A DNA stretch of 31,404 bases from Candidatus Heimdallarchaeota archaeon (GCA_048881705.1 JBHLSH010000046.1:1-31404), one strand, 5' to 3'. Counted from the first letter of the stretch, positions 8,542-17,858 are shown. Numbers and translations: made by a program. The notes: generated from the sequence alone by a model not told the origin.

Positions 8542-9069
8542 TCAATCTTTTGGTTTTGTTCTGATTGTGCGAAAGTGAACACCCTTTTTAATCCCATATT
8601 TTTTCAATATCTCTTTGTTCTCTACCTTGAACTTAAAGTCTCCGGTATCCTTCCTTAGATATCCAACATAGATTTCACGGTTGTCTTTATCAAACCATAA
8701 ATGCAAAAAATTTGCAAATTGAAGGTCATCAGAGGGCTTAAGCTTAAAGTCCCCAAGTTTATTTCCTTCATCCGTAATTCGCAGTGAATATTCGGGAGGT
8801 GGTGGGCCCTGCGGCTTGGAGGACGATAAATCGGTTCTCTCTGATATTCCCCTTAATTTCTGCTCTTCAGTATCAAGGTATGCAACAGCGAGTCTAGTTG
8901 CTTCTTTTATAGCCTCTTCTCGGTGGGATGGGTCTTTAACCTCTAGTTCATATTCGATAAAGATCTCCTCTGGCTCAAACTGTCGTACCTGAATTTTTCG
9001 ACTTCGTCCAATCCTTTTTGGGGTCACGCGCCACTTTTCATCCATTTTTCGAAATCCTCGTTTTTCCAC
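8542..9069 (-). CDS. Hypothetical protein (175 aa, apparently two small domains joined by a Pro/Ser linker)
   Basis: Uninterrupted ORF with protein-like charged composition that fills the gap between MEMO1 and the FrhB-like gene. Linker SSSKPQGPPPP. Confidence 0.75.
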   Translation of the reverse strand: MEKRGFRKMDEKWRVTPKRIGRSRKIQVRQFEPEEIFIEYELEVKDPSHREEAIKEATRLAVAYLDTEEQKLRGISERTDLSSSKPQGPPPPEYSLRITDEGNKLGDFKLKPSDDLQFANFLHLWFDKDNREIYVGYLRKDTGDFKFKVENKEILKKYGIKKGVHFRTIRTKPKD

Positions 9070-9322
9070 GAAACTACTAATCTATTTCTCGACGGACCTT
9101 TTAAGACTTAAGGTGTTTCGTACAATAATTATTTGAGTCTTATGCCCAGACATCATATCAGGTAGTTGATACATTCGAGAAATGACACCAAATGCAGTGA
9201 AATGTTTATTTCGAATAATATGATGGGAAACATCCTGTGAACTTGTTTTTTTTCGATATTCATTCTATCTATCCACACAAACACGTGAATTTGGCCGTTT
9301 AGGTCTCGTATTTTAACCATTG

Positions 9323-9340
9323 AAAACCGATATTTTATAT
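9323..9340 (+). promoter_or_regulatory. Candidate BRE + TATA box for the FrhB-like gene
   Basis: AAAACCGATA-TTTTATAT (TATA at 9333-9340) lies about 32 nt upstream of the in-frame ATG at 9372. It overlaps the track's ATG at 9339, which suggests 9372 is the true start. Confidence 0.4.
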
Positions 9341-10850
9341 GCACACAGAGAAACGGTCGTTCAGAACCAAGATGACTCAGATTCAAGATAATTCCGCATC
9401 ATCACCAAGCTATCGTCTCGCAACACGGCGTCTTAAAGGAAAAAAGGCCAAATTCGCCACATTAAAGAAGCAAGTGATCGAAACTGGCCTTTGTACAACA
9501 TGTGGGGCCTGTATTGCATCTTGTGAAGAGCATGCCTTGTCAATGGTGAATGATCGCCCCCGTTTAACTGGAAAGTGTACGGTATGTGGAGTATGCTTTC
9601 ATCAATGCCCAAAGACTGTTACAACAACTCCACAATTGATAGGAAATTTCATTGATGCGTTTAAAGCTCGCTCATTGTTACCAGAAGCCAAGCAAAAGGG
9701 GCAGGACGGGGGCGTTGTTACGAGTCTCTTGCTCTATCTTATCCGAGAGAATATGATAGATGGGGCGGTAACGACCATTAAAGATCCCGCTGTGCCTTGG
9801 AAACCCAAACCGATCATAGCTCAGAATGAGGAAGATGTCCTATCCTCAGCAGGATCAATATATAGCCAGTCTCAAGCAGTGGGGAAATTGTTGGATGCAA
9901 TTCGATCAGGAATGCACAGTGTGGCATTTGTTGGCTGTCCGTGTAATATCGATGCAGTTACCAAGATGCAAGATTCTCCCTACGGGCTAGTCCGATTGTT
10001 CATGCGAAGCTCTGTTTTGAAGATCGGACTATTCTGCATGGATGCTTTTTCTTACGATCGGTTGAAACACTTCCTAGAGGTGGAAAACAAGATGCCTATG
10101 GAAGATATAAGGAAAATGACCATTTCGAAAGGTAAATTCCATTTCATTCCCAAGGAAGGAGCTGGTGACGTAATAAGTTACTCGGTACATGAGCTAGACC
10201 GCCTCAGAAGTTCATCATGTTGGTACTGCGTGGATTTATCCGCAGAAAATGCAGACATAGCTGTGGGCTCTGTGGGAGCTCCTGACGGTTCTAATGCAGT
10301 TATAGTAAGAACTGGTTTAGGAATGGAAATACTTCAAGATGCAGCTGCCCTTGGCTACATTGAACTGGAACCACTCAAAAATTTTAATCCTATCTTAAAC
10401 CTGGCAAATAAGAAGAAGATCCAGCTCTACAACGCGACTCGACGCCGATCATACGCTTTTGATACCCCTGTTACCATTCCTAGAAAACCCACAGAGGTTC
10501 AAGCTGCCGCATTACTCAGTGATAAGGAACGGAAGTTGAGACGACGAATTGTCCGAGTCACCAAAGTGGCCTTGTCAGAAAATAAACGGAATCTAAGAGT
10601 TTCTCTGGAGAATCGTGGTGGAAAAGTTCTTGAACATGTCCAGGTAAAAATCAATCTTCTAGCGGGTGGTCTCTTTGAACCACATTCGTGGGAAAGAGAA
10701 GTTCGAGAATGGTTCCCTGCAGAGGCTCTAGATTTCGAGGTACCTAGATTAGGAGAAGAAAGTACCTATTCTATTTCGATTTTCGATGGCCTTGGAGAGA
10801 TGGTAACAAAAGAAGTCTCAATCGCAGATTTATTAGCGGAAAGAGGCTAA
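9339..10850 (+). CDS. Coenzyme F420 hydrogenase/dehydrogenase beta-subunit family protein (FrhB/FpoF-like) with N-terminal 2x[4Fe-4S] ferredoxin and extra C-terminal domain
   Basis: CTTCGACIASC and CTVCGVCFHQCP ferredoxin motifs, plus GQDGGVVTSLL, AFVGCPC, IGLFCMDAF and SCWYCVDLSAENADIAVGSVG. Likely start at 9372. Confidence 0.9.
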   Translation: MHTEKRSFRTKMTQIQDNSASSPSYRLATRRLKGKKAKFATLKKQVIETGLCTTCGACIASCEEHALSMVNDRPRLTGKCTVCGVCFHQCPKTVTTTPQLIGNFIDAFKARSLLPEAKQKGQDGGVVTSLLLYLIRENMIDGAVTTIKDPAVPWKPKPIIAQNEEDVLSSAGSIYSQSQAVGKLLDAIRSGMHSVAFVGCPCNIDAVTKMQDSPYGLVRLFMRSSVLKIGLFCMDAFSYDRLKHFLEVENKMPMEDIRKMTISKGKFHFIPKEGAGDVISYSVHELDRLRSSSCWYCVDLSAENADIAVGSVGAPDGSNAVIVRTGLGMEILQDAAALGYIELEPLKNFNPILNLANKKKIQLYNATRRRSYAFDTPVTIPRKPTEVQAAALLSDKERKLRRRIVRVTKVALSENKRNLRVSLENRGGKVLEHVQVKINLLAGGLFEPHSWEREVREWFPAEALDFEVPRLGEESTYSISIFDGLGEMVTKEVSIADLLAERG

Positions 10851-11023
10851 TCTCGAACAAAAGAAAACGAAAAAGTTAGTATTACCTTTATATTGCCTTC
10901 TAAGGGTTATCTAGGTGCTGTTTCAGAAGGGCATTCCCTTTCTTCTGAATGAGTAAAAAAAACGTTACATATTAGAACCAATTATTTAATCGTCCGTTAT
11001 CATTAAACCTGGACGATCTTTCA

Positions 11024-12448
11024 GTGCTACGCCGTTCAATTTCAGATATATCTAAGTACACAAAAGGAACATTGGAATTCTTTGGCCAACCTATTACCTA
11101 TATCCTGCGCCAGCAACAATTCCTCCTTCTACTTGCGGTAGCGGTGACGGAAAGCGCATTCTCATCGTCTGCAATAACTCTGAACTTCTACTTTATAACC
11201 CTGCTTAAAAACGGACAATCAACGAGTTTTGAATTTCCTGTTGTTTTAACGATTTATTATTTGGTATCTCTATCGACATCTTCGTATTTTGGTTCGCTTT
11301 CAGATAGCCTAGGACGCCGTCGTTTGCTCATAATTGGAACAGCAGCGGCTGCGATCTCTTTTGTTCCTTTTCCGCTACTGTTTGTAAATTATGCAGATTC
11401 TCAATGGAATTTTATAATCTTGGCATTATCTCATGGCCTAAAGGGATTGGCCGCAGCCATGATGGCAGGTCCAGTCCTGGCCATGTTTGCAGACATTGCA
11501 CCAGCAAAGAATCACGGAGAAACCATGGGTAAATTCTATTTGGCGAAATCAGCGGGAGCAGCAAGCGGATTTTTATTAGGCAGCTTTGCGTGGGGATTGT
11601 TTGGTGAAAACGCCTTTTTTTTCTTCTTGATTATTATGCTAGCTGCGACGGCTCTGTATCTATTCCGATTTAAAGAACCTCGTCAAACTGAAAAAAAACG
11701 TATGGGAGATGCCATCGCAGAATCTGGCGGAATCAATCCATTCACAACGGTTCTTCAAAGCTTGCAAAACAAACAATTTCAGAAGTTCGCCATAGCGTGG
11801 CTGGCATATTCTACGCTGACAGGAGCCGCAACAAACTATCTTCTTCCCGCGGTACTCCTTGAAGGCTATATTGATTATTCATCTGAACTGGGGGTCTTGT
11901 TTCTTGTAGGGGCTGGAATCATGGGGCTCACGCAACCAACAATAGGCCGATTGTCTGACCGAATTGGACGGAAGCCATTCCTGGTTTTAGGTGTGGTTGG
12001 AATGAGTTTGTTGGTAGTTATGCTCTCAGCAGTTCTCCAGCTACCTCCCCAGGAAGTTATCGATATTGTTTATCATCCAATTGATATATTCACAACAAAA
12101 TCTCTGGAGTTTGTTCCAGGATTCCCGATTGGGATCCCTCCCCCCATTATTATTCTGTCCCTGGTGGTATTTCTTCTCAGCGCGTCCTGTTTTGCATCCA
12201 GCTCTTTAGGGCTGATCACAGATGTAACTGAAGAAGGGGCTAGAGGTCGTGAAATGGGTCTAACTCAAGCGATCACCTCTTCAGGATCAATCCTAGGTAC
12301 GGTTGTAGGAGGTGTATTTTGGGGTTTTCAGGGGATCCTAGGTGTTCTCACATTCTGTTTTGGACTGAGCATGATTGCTGTAATTATCATCATGTTATTC
12401 TTATACGAAACCAGTGGATTCTATCATTTTGCCCATAAATTAATGTAG
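11024..12448 (+). CDS. Major facilitator superfamily transporter
   Basis: About 12 hydrophobic segments. MFS motif A occurs in both halves (GSLSDSLGRR, GRLSDRIGRK), with RGREMG in the C-terminal half. GTG start. Confidence 0.92.
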   Translation: MLRRSISDISKYTKGTLEFFGQPITYILRQQQFLLLLAVAVTESAFSSSAITLNFYFITLLKNGQSTSFEFPVVLTIYYLVSLSTSSYFGSLSDSLGRRRLLIIGTAAAAISFVPFPLLFVNYADSQWNFIILALSHGLKGLAAAMMAGPVLAMFADIAPAKNHGETMGKFYLAKSAGAASGFLLGSFAWGLFGENAFFFFLIIMLAATALYLFRFKEPRQTEKKRMGDAIAESGGINPFTTVLQSLQNKQFQKFAIAWLAYSTLTGAATNYLLPAVLLEGYIDYSSELGVLFLVGAGIMGLTQPTIGRLSDRIGRKPFLVLGVVGMSLLVVMLSAVLQLPPQEVIDIVYHPIDIFTTKSLEFVPGFPIGIPPPIIILSLVVFLLSASCFASSSLGLITDVTEEGARGREMGLTQAITSSGSILGTVVGGVFWGFQGILGVLTFCFGLSMIAVIIIMLFLYETSGFYHFAHKLM

Positions 12449-12725
12449 AAAGGCCGGTATCTCACGAAGTTATTTAGGACCAGAATTCTATGAACAAGTA
12501 AGAAGATATTGAATTTTGTTATCAAAAGAGATTTAAAAACAGAGGATGTTGCCAAAAAACTGGAGATGAGAACGTCTTGGACTGGAATTCGTCGCTAGTG
12601 GACATCCACCAGCTCTTTTCTTTAGGTTAAACTTCATCTCCAAATGCTTTCTTGCCCTAACGAAGCTTGTTGTCACTTCATTCTCTGGAAGGAGTCGTCA
12701 CCAATGAATCAGGAGTTAAAAATTT

Positions 12726-13865
12726 ATGGATAGGCCTAGTAACGAAGACTTCGTTGTCACCCCTTGGGATGTTCGAGGACGTGTTGATTATGATAAACTC
12801 GTTCAGCAGTTCGGAACAGAACTCATTGATGAAGCATTGTTGGCTCGTTTCAAGAAACATGTACGGGGTGATCTCCATTTCATGCTCCGAAGAGCGATTT
12901 TCTTCACCCACCGCGATATGAACTGGATCTTCGACGAATATGAAAAAGGAAATGAATTTTATCTCTACACAGGAAGAGGACCTAGCGAATATTGTCATTT
13001 AGGTCATTTAGTGCCTTGGGTTTTCACCAAATGGTTGCAAGACCAGTTTGATGTAAAATTGATCTTTCAACTGACTGACGATGAGAAGTTCTTATTCAAT
13101 AATAAGCTTGATATGAACCAGACATACGAATACGCACTGGATAATGCTTTGGACGTCATAGCTCTAGGATTCGATCCCCGTAAAACTGAAATTTTGATCG
13201 ATACAGATAATGCAAAGACCTTTTATAAGGCAGCATTACCCATTTCTAAGAGAATAACTTTTTCGACCGTTAAAGCATCATTTGGATTTGATAACTCCAT
13301 GAATATTGGATCGATCTTTTATACGAGCATCCAAGCTGTTCCAGCTTTTCTTGAAAGCCTTCGTCAAGGAAAAAATGTTCCTTGTCTAATTCCTCATGCC
13401 ATAGACCAGGATCCTCATTTCCGACTCGCAAGAGATGTTTTGCCCAGACTGGGGTTTTACAAACCAGCCAATATCCAATGCAAGTTTATACCTCCATTAG
13501 GAGGAACTGACGGTAAAATGTCAGCATCGGACCCAAATTCGACAGTCTATGTCACTGATGATCCTGACACGGTACGAACGAAGATTACTAAGTACGCTTT
13601 CTCAGGGGGTCAAGTCAGTATAAAGGAACACCGTGAAAAGGGCGGAGACCCTGACATTGATGTAAGTTTCCAGTGGTTGAGGATCTTCTTTGAACCGGAC
13701 GACAAGAAGCTTCAAGAACTCGAAGATGATTATCGTAATGGAGACCTCCTTACCGGCGAACTAAAAGAGTACCTAATTCAGAAAATAAACACCTTCCTCG
13801 AGCGCCATCGTTCCGAACGGGCAAAAGCGAAAGACAAGCTAGATGAATTTTTAATTTCTGATTGA
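12726..13865 (+). CDS. trpS: Tryptophanyl-tRNA synthetase, archaeal/eukaryotic type
   Basis: VTPW, YLYTGRGPS..CHLGH (HIGH), AIDQDPHFR, KMSAS (KMSKS-equivalent) and TGELK. AGGAG Shine-Dalgarno-like site upstream. Confidence 0.97.
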   Translation: MDRPSNEDFVVTPWDVRGRVDYDKLVQQFGTELIDEALLARFKKHVRGDLHFMLRRAIFFTHRDMNWIFDEYEKGNEFYLYTGRGPSEYCHLGHLVPWVFTKWLQDQFDVKLIFQLTDDEKFLFNNKLDMNQTYEYALDNALDVIALGFDPRKTEILIDTDNAKTFYKAALPISKRITFSTVKASFGFDNSMNIGSIFYTSIQAVPAFLESLRQGKNVPCLIPHAIDQDPHFRLARDVLPRLGFYKPANIQCKFIPPLGGTDGKMSASDPNSTVYVTDDPDTVRTKITKYAFSGGQVSIKEHREKGGDPDIDVSFQWLRIFFEPDDKKLQELEDDYRNGDLLTGELKEYLIQKINTFLERHRSERAKAKDKLDEFLISD

Positions 13866-13875
13866 TCGGGGTTTG

Positions 13876-13882
13876 TTTTTTT
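13876..13882 (+). terminator. Oligo-T terminator candidate after trpS
   Basis: GTTTG-TTTTTTT about 10 nt after the stop codon. Confidence 0.4.
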
Positions 13883-14049
13883 ATTCCAATAGTTCTTAGG
13901 GTATTTTCTGGCAAAATATCCTAATCTGATCCAGTTCTTCTCATTTACGTGCCCTAGCCATGAACATCTAGATCCGATTTGTGCATAAAGTACCCTGATG
14001 AGAGTAGCTTGCCCTGCATGACCGATTGATTCTTGATCAGTGAAATCTC

Positions 14050-14331
14050 TCAATTTGGCACGATATTTAGTAAACTACTGATGATTAATAGAATCCCAAC
14101 TATCAAAACTCCAATCCAGGCTAATAGCTTGATAACATTGTCTCCTAAGCTTACTGGAATATATGGCGTGAAGAAAGGGATGTTTTTTACCGCTATCAAG
14201 ATCATTGCAACGGCCAAAAAGACTTTGGCTCCCAAAATCAGCAAGGATAGGAGATTGTCTTGTGAACCAGGAACCATAAAGAGGGCTGCTGCCAAGAGGA
14301 TTATGTAGTATATCGATTCTTTTTCTTCCAA
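14050..14331 (-). CDS. Small membrane protein (about 3 TM helices), function unknown
   Basis: 93 aa with three hydrophobic segments, an ATG start and a polar N-terminus (MEEKES). Confidence 0.7.
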   Translation of the reverse strand: MEEKESIYYIILLAAALFMVPGSQDNLLSLLILGAKVFLAVAMILIAVKNIPFFTPYIPVSLGDNVIKLLAWIGVLIVGILLIISSLLNIVPN

Positions 14332-14417
14332 ATGCTTACACCAAACGGTAGATTAATTCCTGTCTTTTCAAGTGATTTTGTTCGTTCCAAGCGGGCTGGG
14401 TATTTAAAAGACACATA

Positions 14418-14756
14418 TCAGTAATAATCTTTAATTTTAAAGCCCTTACGCATTTTTTTGTCCAGTAGATTACGATAGCGCAAGGGATCGTCGTCACTGC
14501 CGTGTTTTTGCGAAACTCGTTTAGGCTCACTATTTTTCTTCTTTTCCAAACATATACCGGTATCGATTTCAAGGGCAGGCGGTCGAAAACCGCATACTGC
14601 AAATTTACATTTATATCCGATGCATTCATCCCCCTCCACCATTTCACATTGAATTATCTTTCGGTTGCTTCTCCAAGCTATTTTCATAAATCTTTCTGAA
14701 CACCGAAAGAAACGACAACCAGTCTCGCATAAAATGCCTTCACGGCTGAATTGCAT
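14418..14756 (-). CDS. Cysteine-rich small protein, putative metal-binding
   Basis: Eight Cys in the pattern CxxxCxFFRC...C....DECxGxxCxFAxC......DxGxC. This resembles an uncharacterised archaeal family as I recall it (not database-verified). Confidence 0.75.
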   Translation of the reverse strand: MQFSREGILCETGCRFFRCSERFMKIAWRSNRKIIQCEMVEGDECIGYKCKFAVCGFRPPALEIDTGICLEKKKNSEPKRVSQKHGSDDDPLRYRNLLDKKMRKGFKIKDYY

Positions 14757-14982
14757 TGAGATTCACTTCCAGCATCGTAAATGATCATTTTATTAGGGAA
14801 GATTCAGAGATGGAAGTATCAACCTCGATTCTCGAATGAAAACACCAGGCACTCGGAAACGTGAGCTTTATTAAGGCTTTGTATCACACATCGCATGGTC
14901 TGAAAGCTTATTTGATTCTAATCGAATAACTCCCCTCTTTGACTATATACGACCCAAAAACAATGAATTACGTTTTGCCAGG

Positions 14983-15996
14983 GTGATAAGCGTGTCACAC
15001 TATTTGAAACAATTGAAAACTAGCGCAAGTCGTAAGATTATTCTTTTGGGGCTTTCCCAAGCAGGTAAAACATCAATTCGGGATGTTGTGTTTGGGGGGA
15101 AAAACCCAGAAGAAACACAGAACTACTCAGCTACCTTGAACTACGAGCGACAAATTGAGCAGGTGGCCGATGAACCTGTTACGGTGATGGATCTGGGAGG
15201 CCAAGAGGTTTTTCTTAAACGATTTTTGAGTAGCATGAGCTCTTTTATATTTAGTAACGTTGCTGTGTTGGTTTTTATCTGTGACATCAGTACTCCAGAT
15301 AAATTTCCCGCAAGCTTAAAGGCCTTCGTTGAAGGGGTATCTAGATTAGAAGAAATGTCAGACGTACAGCCCGCAGTGTACATTTTACTCCATAAAACGG
15401 ATCTACTTCCCGATCTAACACAAAGAGCAGAAAGAATGGAGTTCTTGATGGAAATGTTTCAAGACGCTGTAGTTACGAAGAATATTACGTTTCTCCAGAC
15501 CTCAATTTACGATAACTCAATTCATGAAGCATTTAAACGAATTACTGCTGAAGCAAGTGAAATTATTCCAGAAGCAGAGGAGATTGAAGAAGAGGCAGAT
15601 TTAGAAGCGATACAACGCCGCCTTAGGCTACGCCCTATCCAGCAAGTGTTACACACGGTCAAGTTCATGAATCGCTTGGATGAAGTACTCTTAATCTCCT
15701 CGGAAGATCCAGAATTTCTTGTTCAGGGATCGGATGCCCAATTAGAAGAAATTCGTCGACTCCTAGAGATTATGGAAAAAGCTAACGAAAAAACTCTGAA
15801 AGCTGGCTCGAATACGGAGTTAAAACGAGTTGGAAACGCCATGGTATTTAAGTTTAAGGTGAAACCTCACTATTTACTCCTCCTTCTTGGTACTGACCAA
15901 AAATCAATGCTCGAAACTAGATCTTTAGTGGATATTGAAGAAACTGTCAAGCTGGTATCCAATCAACTGGAAGGTATGCTCCAACCTGTGGCATAA
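14983..15996 (+). CDS. Rag/Gtr-like GTPase with C-terminal roadblock/longin-like domain
   Basis: GLSQAGKT (G1), ATLNYER, DLGGQ (G3), LHKTD (G4) and QTSIYD (G5). An acidic linker EAEEIEEEADLE precedes the C-terminal alpha/beta domain. GTG start. Confidence 0.9.
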   Translation: MISVSHYLKQLKTSASRKIILLGLSQAGKTSIRDVVFGGKNPEETQNYSATLNYERQIEQVADEPVTVMDLGGQEVFLKRFLSSMSSFIFSNVAVLVFICDISTPDKFPASLKAFVEGVSRLEEMSDVQPAVYILLHKTDLLPDLTQRAERMEFLMEMFQDAVVTKNITFLQTSIYDNSIHEAFKRITAEASEIIPEAEEIEEEADLEAIQRRLRLRPIQQVLHTVKFMNRLDEVLLISSEDPEFLVQGSDAQLEEIRRLLEIMEKANEKTLKAGSNTELKRVGNAMVFKFKVKPHYLLLLLGTDQKSMLETRSLVDIEETVKLVSNQLEGMLQPVA

Positions 15997-16094
15997 ACAT
16001 CTTCGTTGGATTTCAAATACAAGAAGCACTCTGGTTGGGGTATAATCTTGCATAAAATCCTCATTGACGCTTTATCGAGCTTAAATACGCTTCT

Positions 16095-17039
16095 ATGTAC
16101 AACGGGGGCATAAAATTGAAAAGAAATTTAATCGCGGTCGCTGGTTTATCTCACTCAGGGAAGGATCTCCTCTTTAACCAATTGATGAAATTAGGAAAAA
16201 CTGAACCCGACCTTGGAATAAGAGAGAATGTTTACTACTATGATCTAATAACAACTTCTGCTAGAAAGAGGGATGAAGACTCATATGTTAACGCCATTCT
16301 TCCCACGCTAGAGCATAAAGTTTTAATGAAAACAGGTGCACTAATTTACATTCATGACATAACCTACCAGAGGCTGGATGACACAGCCGCGGATTTTCAA
16401 GAGATAACAAAAAATATCACAGATAAAGGAAACCATGATTTTCAGGTACTGTTAATCCTAAACCGAGGCCATCTTATAACAAATGAAGCAGAACGGCAGA
16501 AACTTAAAGATGCCCTATTACGTCAGTTACACAATATTTATCCGAAAGAAATCTCAACGTACATCGTTAGTCTTAAGGGAACTGATGAACAGCGGATAAC
16601 GAATCTCGTTTTTACCCAGATCATCCGAAAGACCAATGAAAAGAAAGGCTTGATTGACATCGAAGACAAGATCAAACTTGATGATAAAAAGTTCCGTAAG
16701 ATAATTAACGAGAAAATGGAAGGCCTTGGATTTTCTGGTGCCTACATATTGTCACGTAACAATTACAAGCTCTTGGCTGCCGCAGGAAAAACGCCTTCTT
16801 GGGAAGAAAATGTAGGCCCTCAAATAGTTCGTTTCCTTGCGGCCAATGAAGTGTTCGAATTTCCTCCGGAGCCAAAAATTAACATCCAACGAATGGAAGA
16901 TTTCTTAAATATTTCGATCATACTTCCACCTGACCGAATTCTGGTGCTTATTGGTAAACTGTCTCGGTTTAAACTAGGTACAATGTCCTATCCAGAAGCA
17001 GAAAAGGTATGTATGGAATTCGTGGAAGCGCTTCAATGA
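16095..17039 (+). CDS. Degenerate small-GTPase-fold protein with C-terminal roadblock-like domain
   Basis: IAVAGLSHSGKD (G1 with D at the S/T position). No DxxG motif. LILNRGH stands at the G4 position, and ALIYIHD matches the beta-4 strand. The C-terminal GFSGAYILSR..KLLAAAG...RILVLIG segment is roadblock-like. The start may be the TTG at 16116. Confidence 0.75.
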   Translation: MYNGGIKLKRNLIAVAGLSHSGKDLLFNQLMKLGKTEPDLGIRENVYYYDLITTSARKRDEDSYVNAILPTLEHKVLMKTGALIYIHDITYQRLDDTAADFQEITKNITDKGNHDFQVLLILNRGHLITNEAERQKLKDALLRQLHNIYPKEISTYIVSLKGTDEQRITNLVFTQIIRKTNEKKGLIDIEDKIKLDDKKFRKIINEKMEGLGFSGAYILSRNNYKLLAAAGKTPSWEENVGPQIVRFLAANEVFEFPPEPKINIQRMEDFLNISIILPPDRILVLIGKLSRFKLGTMSYPEAEKVCMEFVEALQ

Positions 17040-17057
17040 AGCCAGGAGACAACAAGA

Positions 17058-17858
17058 ATGATTAAAGGACTAGTAGTCACAACGATGACAGACATGGGGC
17101 CATTTCCTCTTTTGAACTTATCTGAGCTGCCAGAAGACACAACCGTAAAGTTATCAGTAATAGGCATGACGATCCTTTCCATGGGAGCCGGGACAGTTGC
17201 GGAGAAACAACACTATCGTCTTCACGGTTCGATCCCCGTTCCGGACACACCGACCTTGGAAGCTCTTGCCATGTCCTTCACTGTTATCCCTACTGATACA
17301 AAGGATATTCGGATCGACCAACACGGAAGGGAGTCCACTATCTGGCTATTATTTGATTCAAAAATGCGTGACGAAATTTTTCAGCGACATAGCACAATAG
17401 AAGCAACCCTGAAAACAGAGGCAGTAGGAATCCGTGAAGAAAACGTTTTATCAAATCCTACGATTATGAACCGTGTTTTAAGTCGCATTCAGGATGTATC
17501 TCAGAGTACAGAGATTATAGAACCTGTTCCTCATGAAAAAGAACCATTATATCTGCCAGGTAAGGGGGGACTCGAATTTTTTCATGTAAATAATCAGGGA
17601 GAGTTATTAGAACTACCGATTGACGGAAATTTAACCCAATATCCCATCTTGATCATTTGTAACCTCGTAATCAAACGTATAATCTTGTTGAAGATGACTG
17701 AAGATGTCTCTCAACGACAGTTCTTTCTTGCAAGCAAACATGCATCTAACTTAAACTCGTCTCGATTCAAGAATTCAATGGAGATCAGAGATGTTCAAGA
17801 TCCTTTGGAGCGAGAGATGATCCTGGAGAAGCTTGGGGTAATCTTAGAGACTGTCTAG
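17058..17858 (+). CDS. Two-domain protein: putative N-terminal longin/uDENN-like domain plus C-terminal gelsolin-like domain
   Basis: N-terminus IKGLVVTTMTDMGPFP...HGSIPVP...ALAMSF...WLLFD. C-terminus FFHVNNQGELLEL..ILIICNLVIKRIILLK...SQRQFFLASKHASNLN. AGGAG site upstream. The CDS is solid; the domain calls are pattern recognition. Confidence 0.7.
   Translation: MIKGLVVTTMTDMGPFPLLNLSELPEDTTVKLSVIGMTILSMGAGTVAEKQHYRLHGSIPVPDTPTLEALAMSFTVIPTDTKDIRIDQHGRESTIWLLFDSKMRDEIFQRHSTIEATLKTEAVGIREENVLSNPTIMNRVLSRIQDVSQSTEIIEPVPHEKEPLYLPGKGGLEFFHVNNQGELLELPIDGNLTQYPILIICNLVIKRIILLKMTEDVSQRQFFLASKHASNLNSSRFKNSMEIRDVQDPLEREMILEKLGVILETV

Noticed and set aside
9153-9386. 77-aa minus-strand ORF
   Set aside because: It overlaps the promoter and start of the FrhB-like gene and has no motif. 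Reading through its TGA adds only seven codons before a TAA, so there is no support for selenocysteine.
12667-12998. ORFs 12667(+) and 12678(-)
   Set aside because: Alternate-frame or antisense overlaps of trpS.
13778-14053. 91-aa minus-strand ORF with a TTGA overlap to the upstream membrane gene
   Set aside because: The 4-nt overlap is suggestive, but the ORF overlaps the trpS 3' end by 88 nt, crosses its terminator and has no motif. Left unannotated; ribosome profiling would decide.
14033-14699. ORFs 14033(+), 14336(-) and 14502(+)
   Set aside because: Shadows of the 14050(-) and 14418(-) genes, which have more protein-like sequence.
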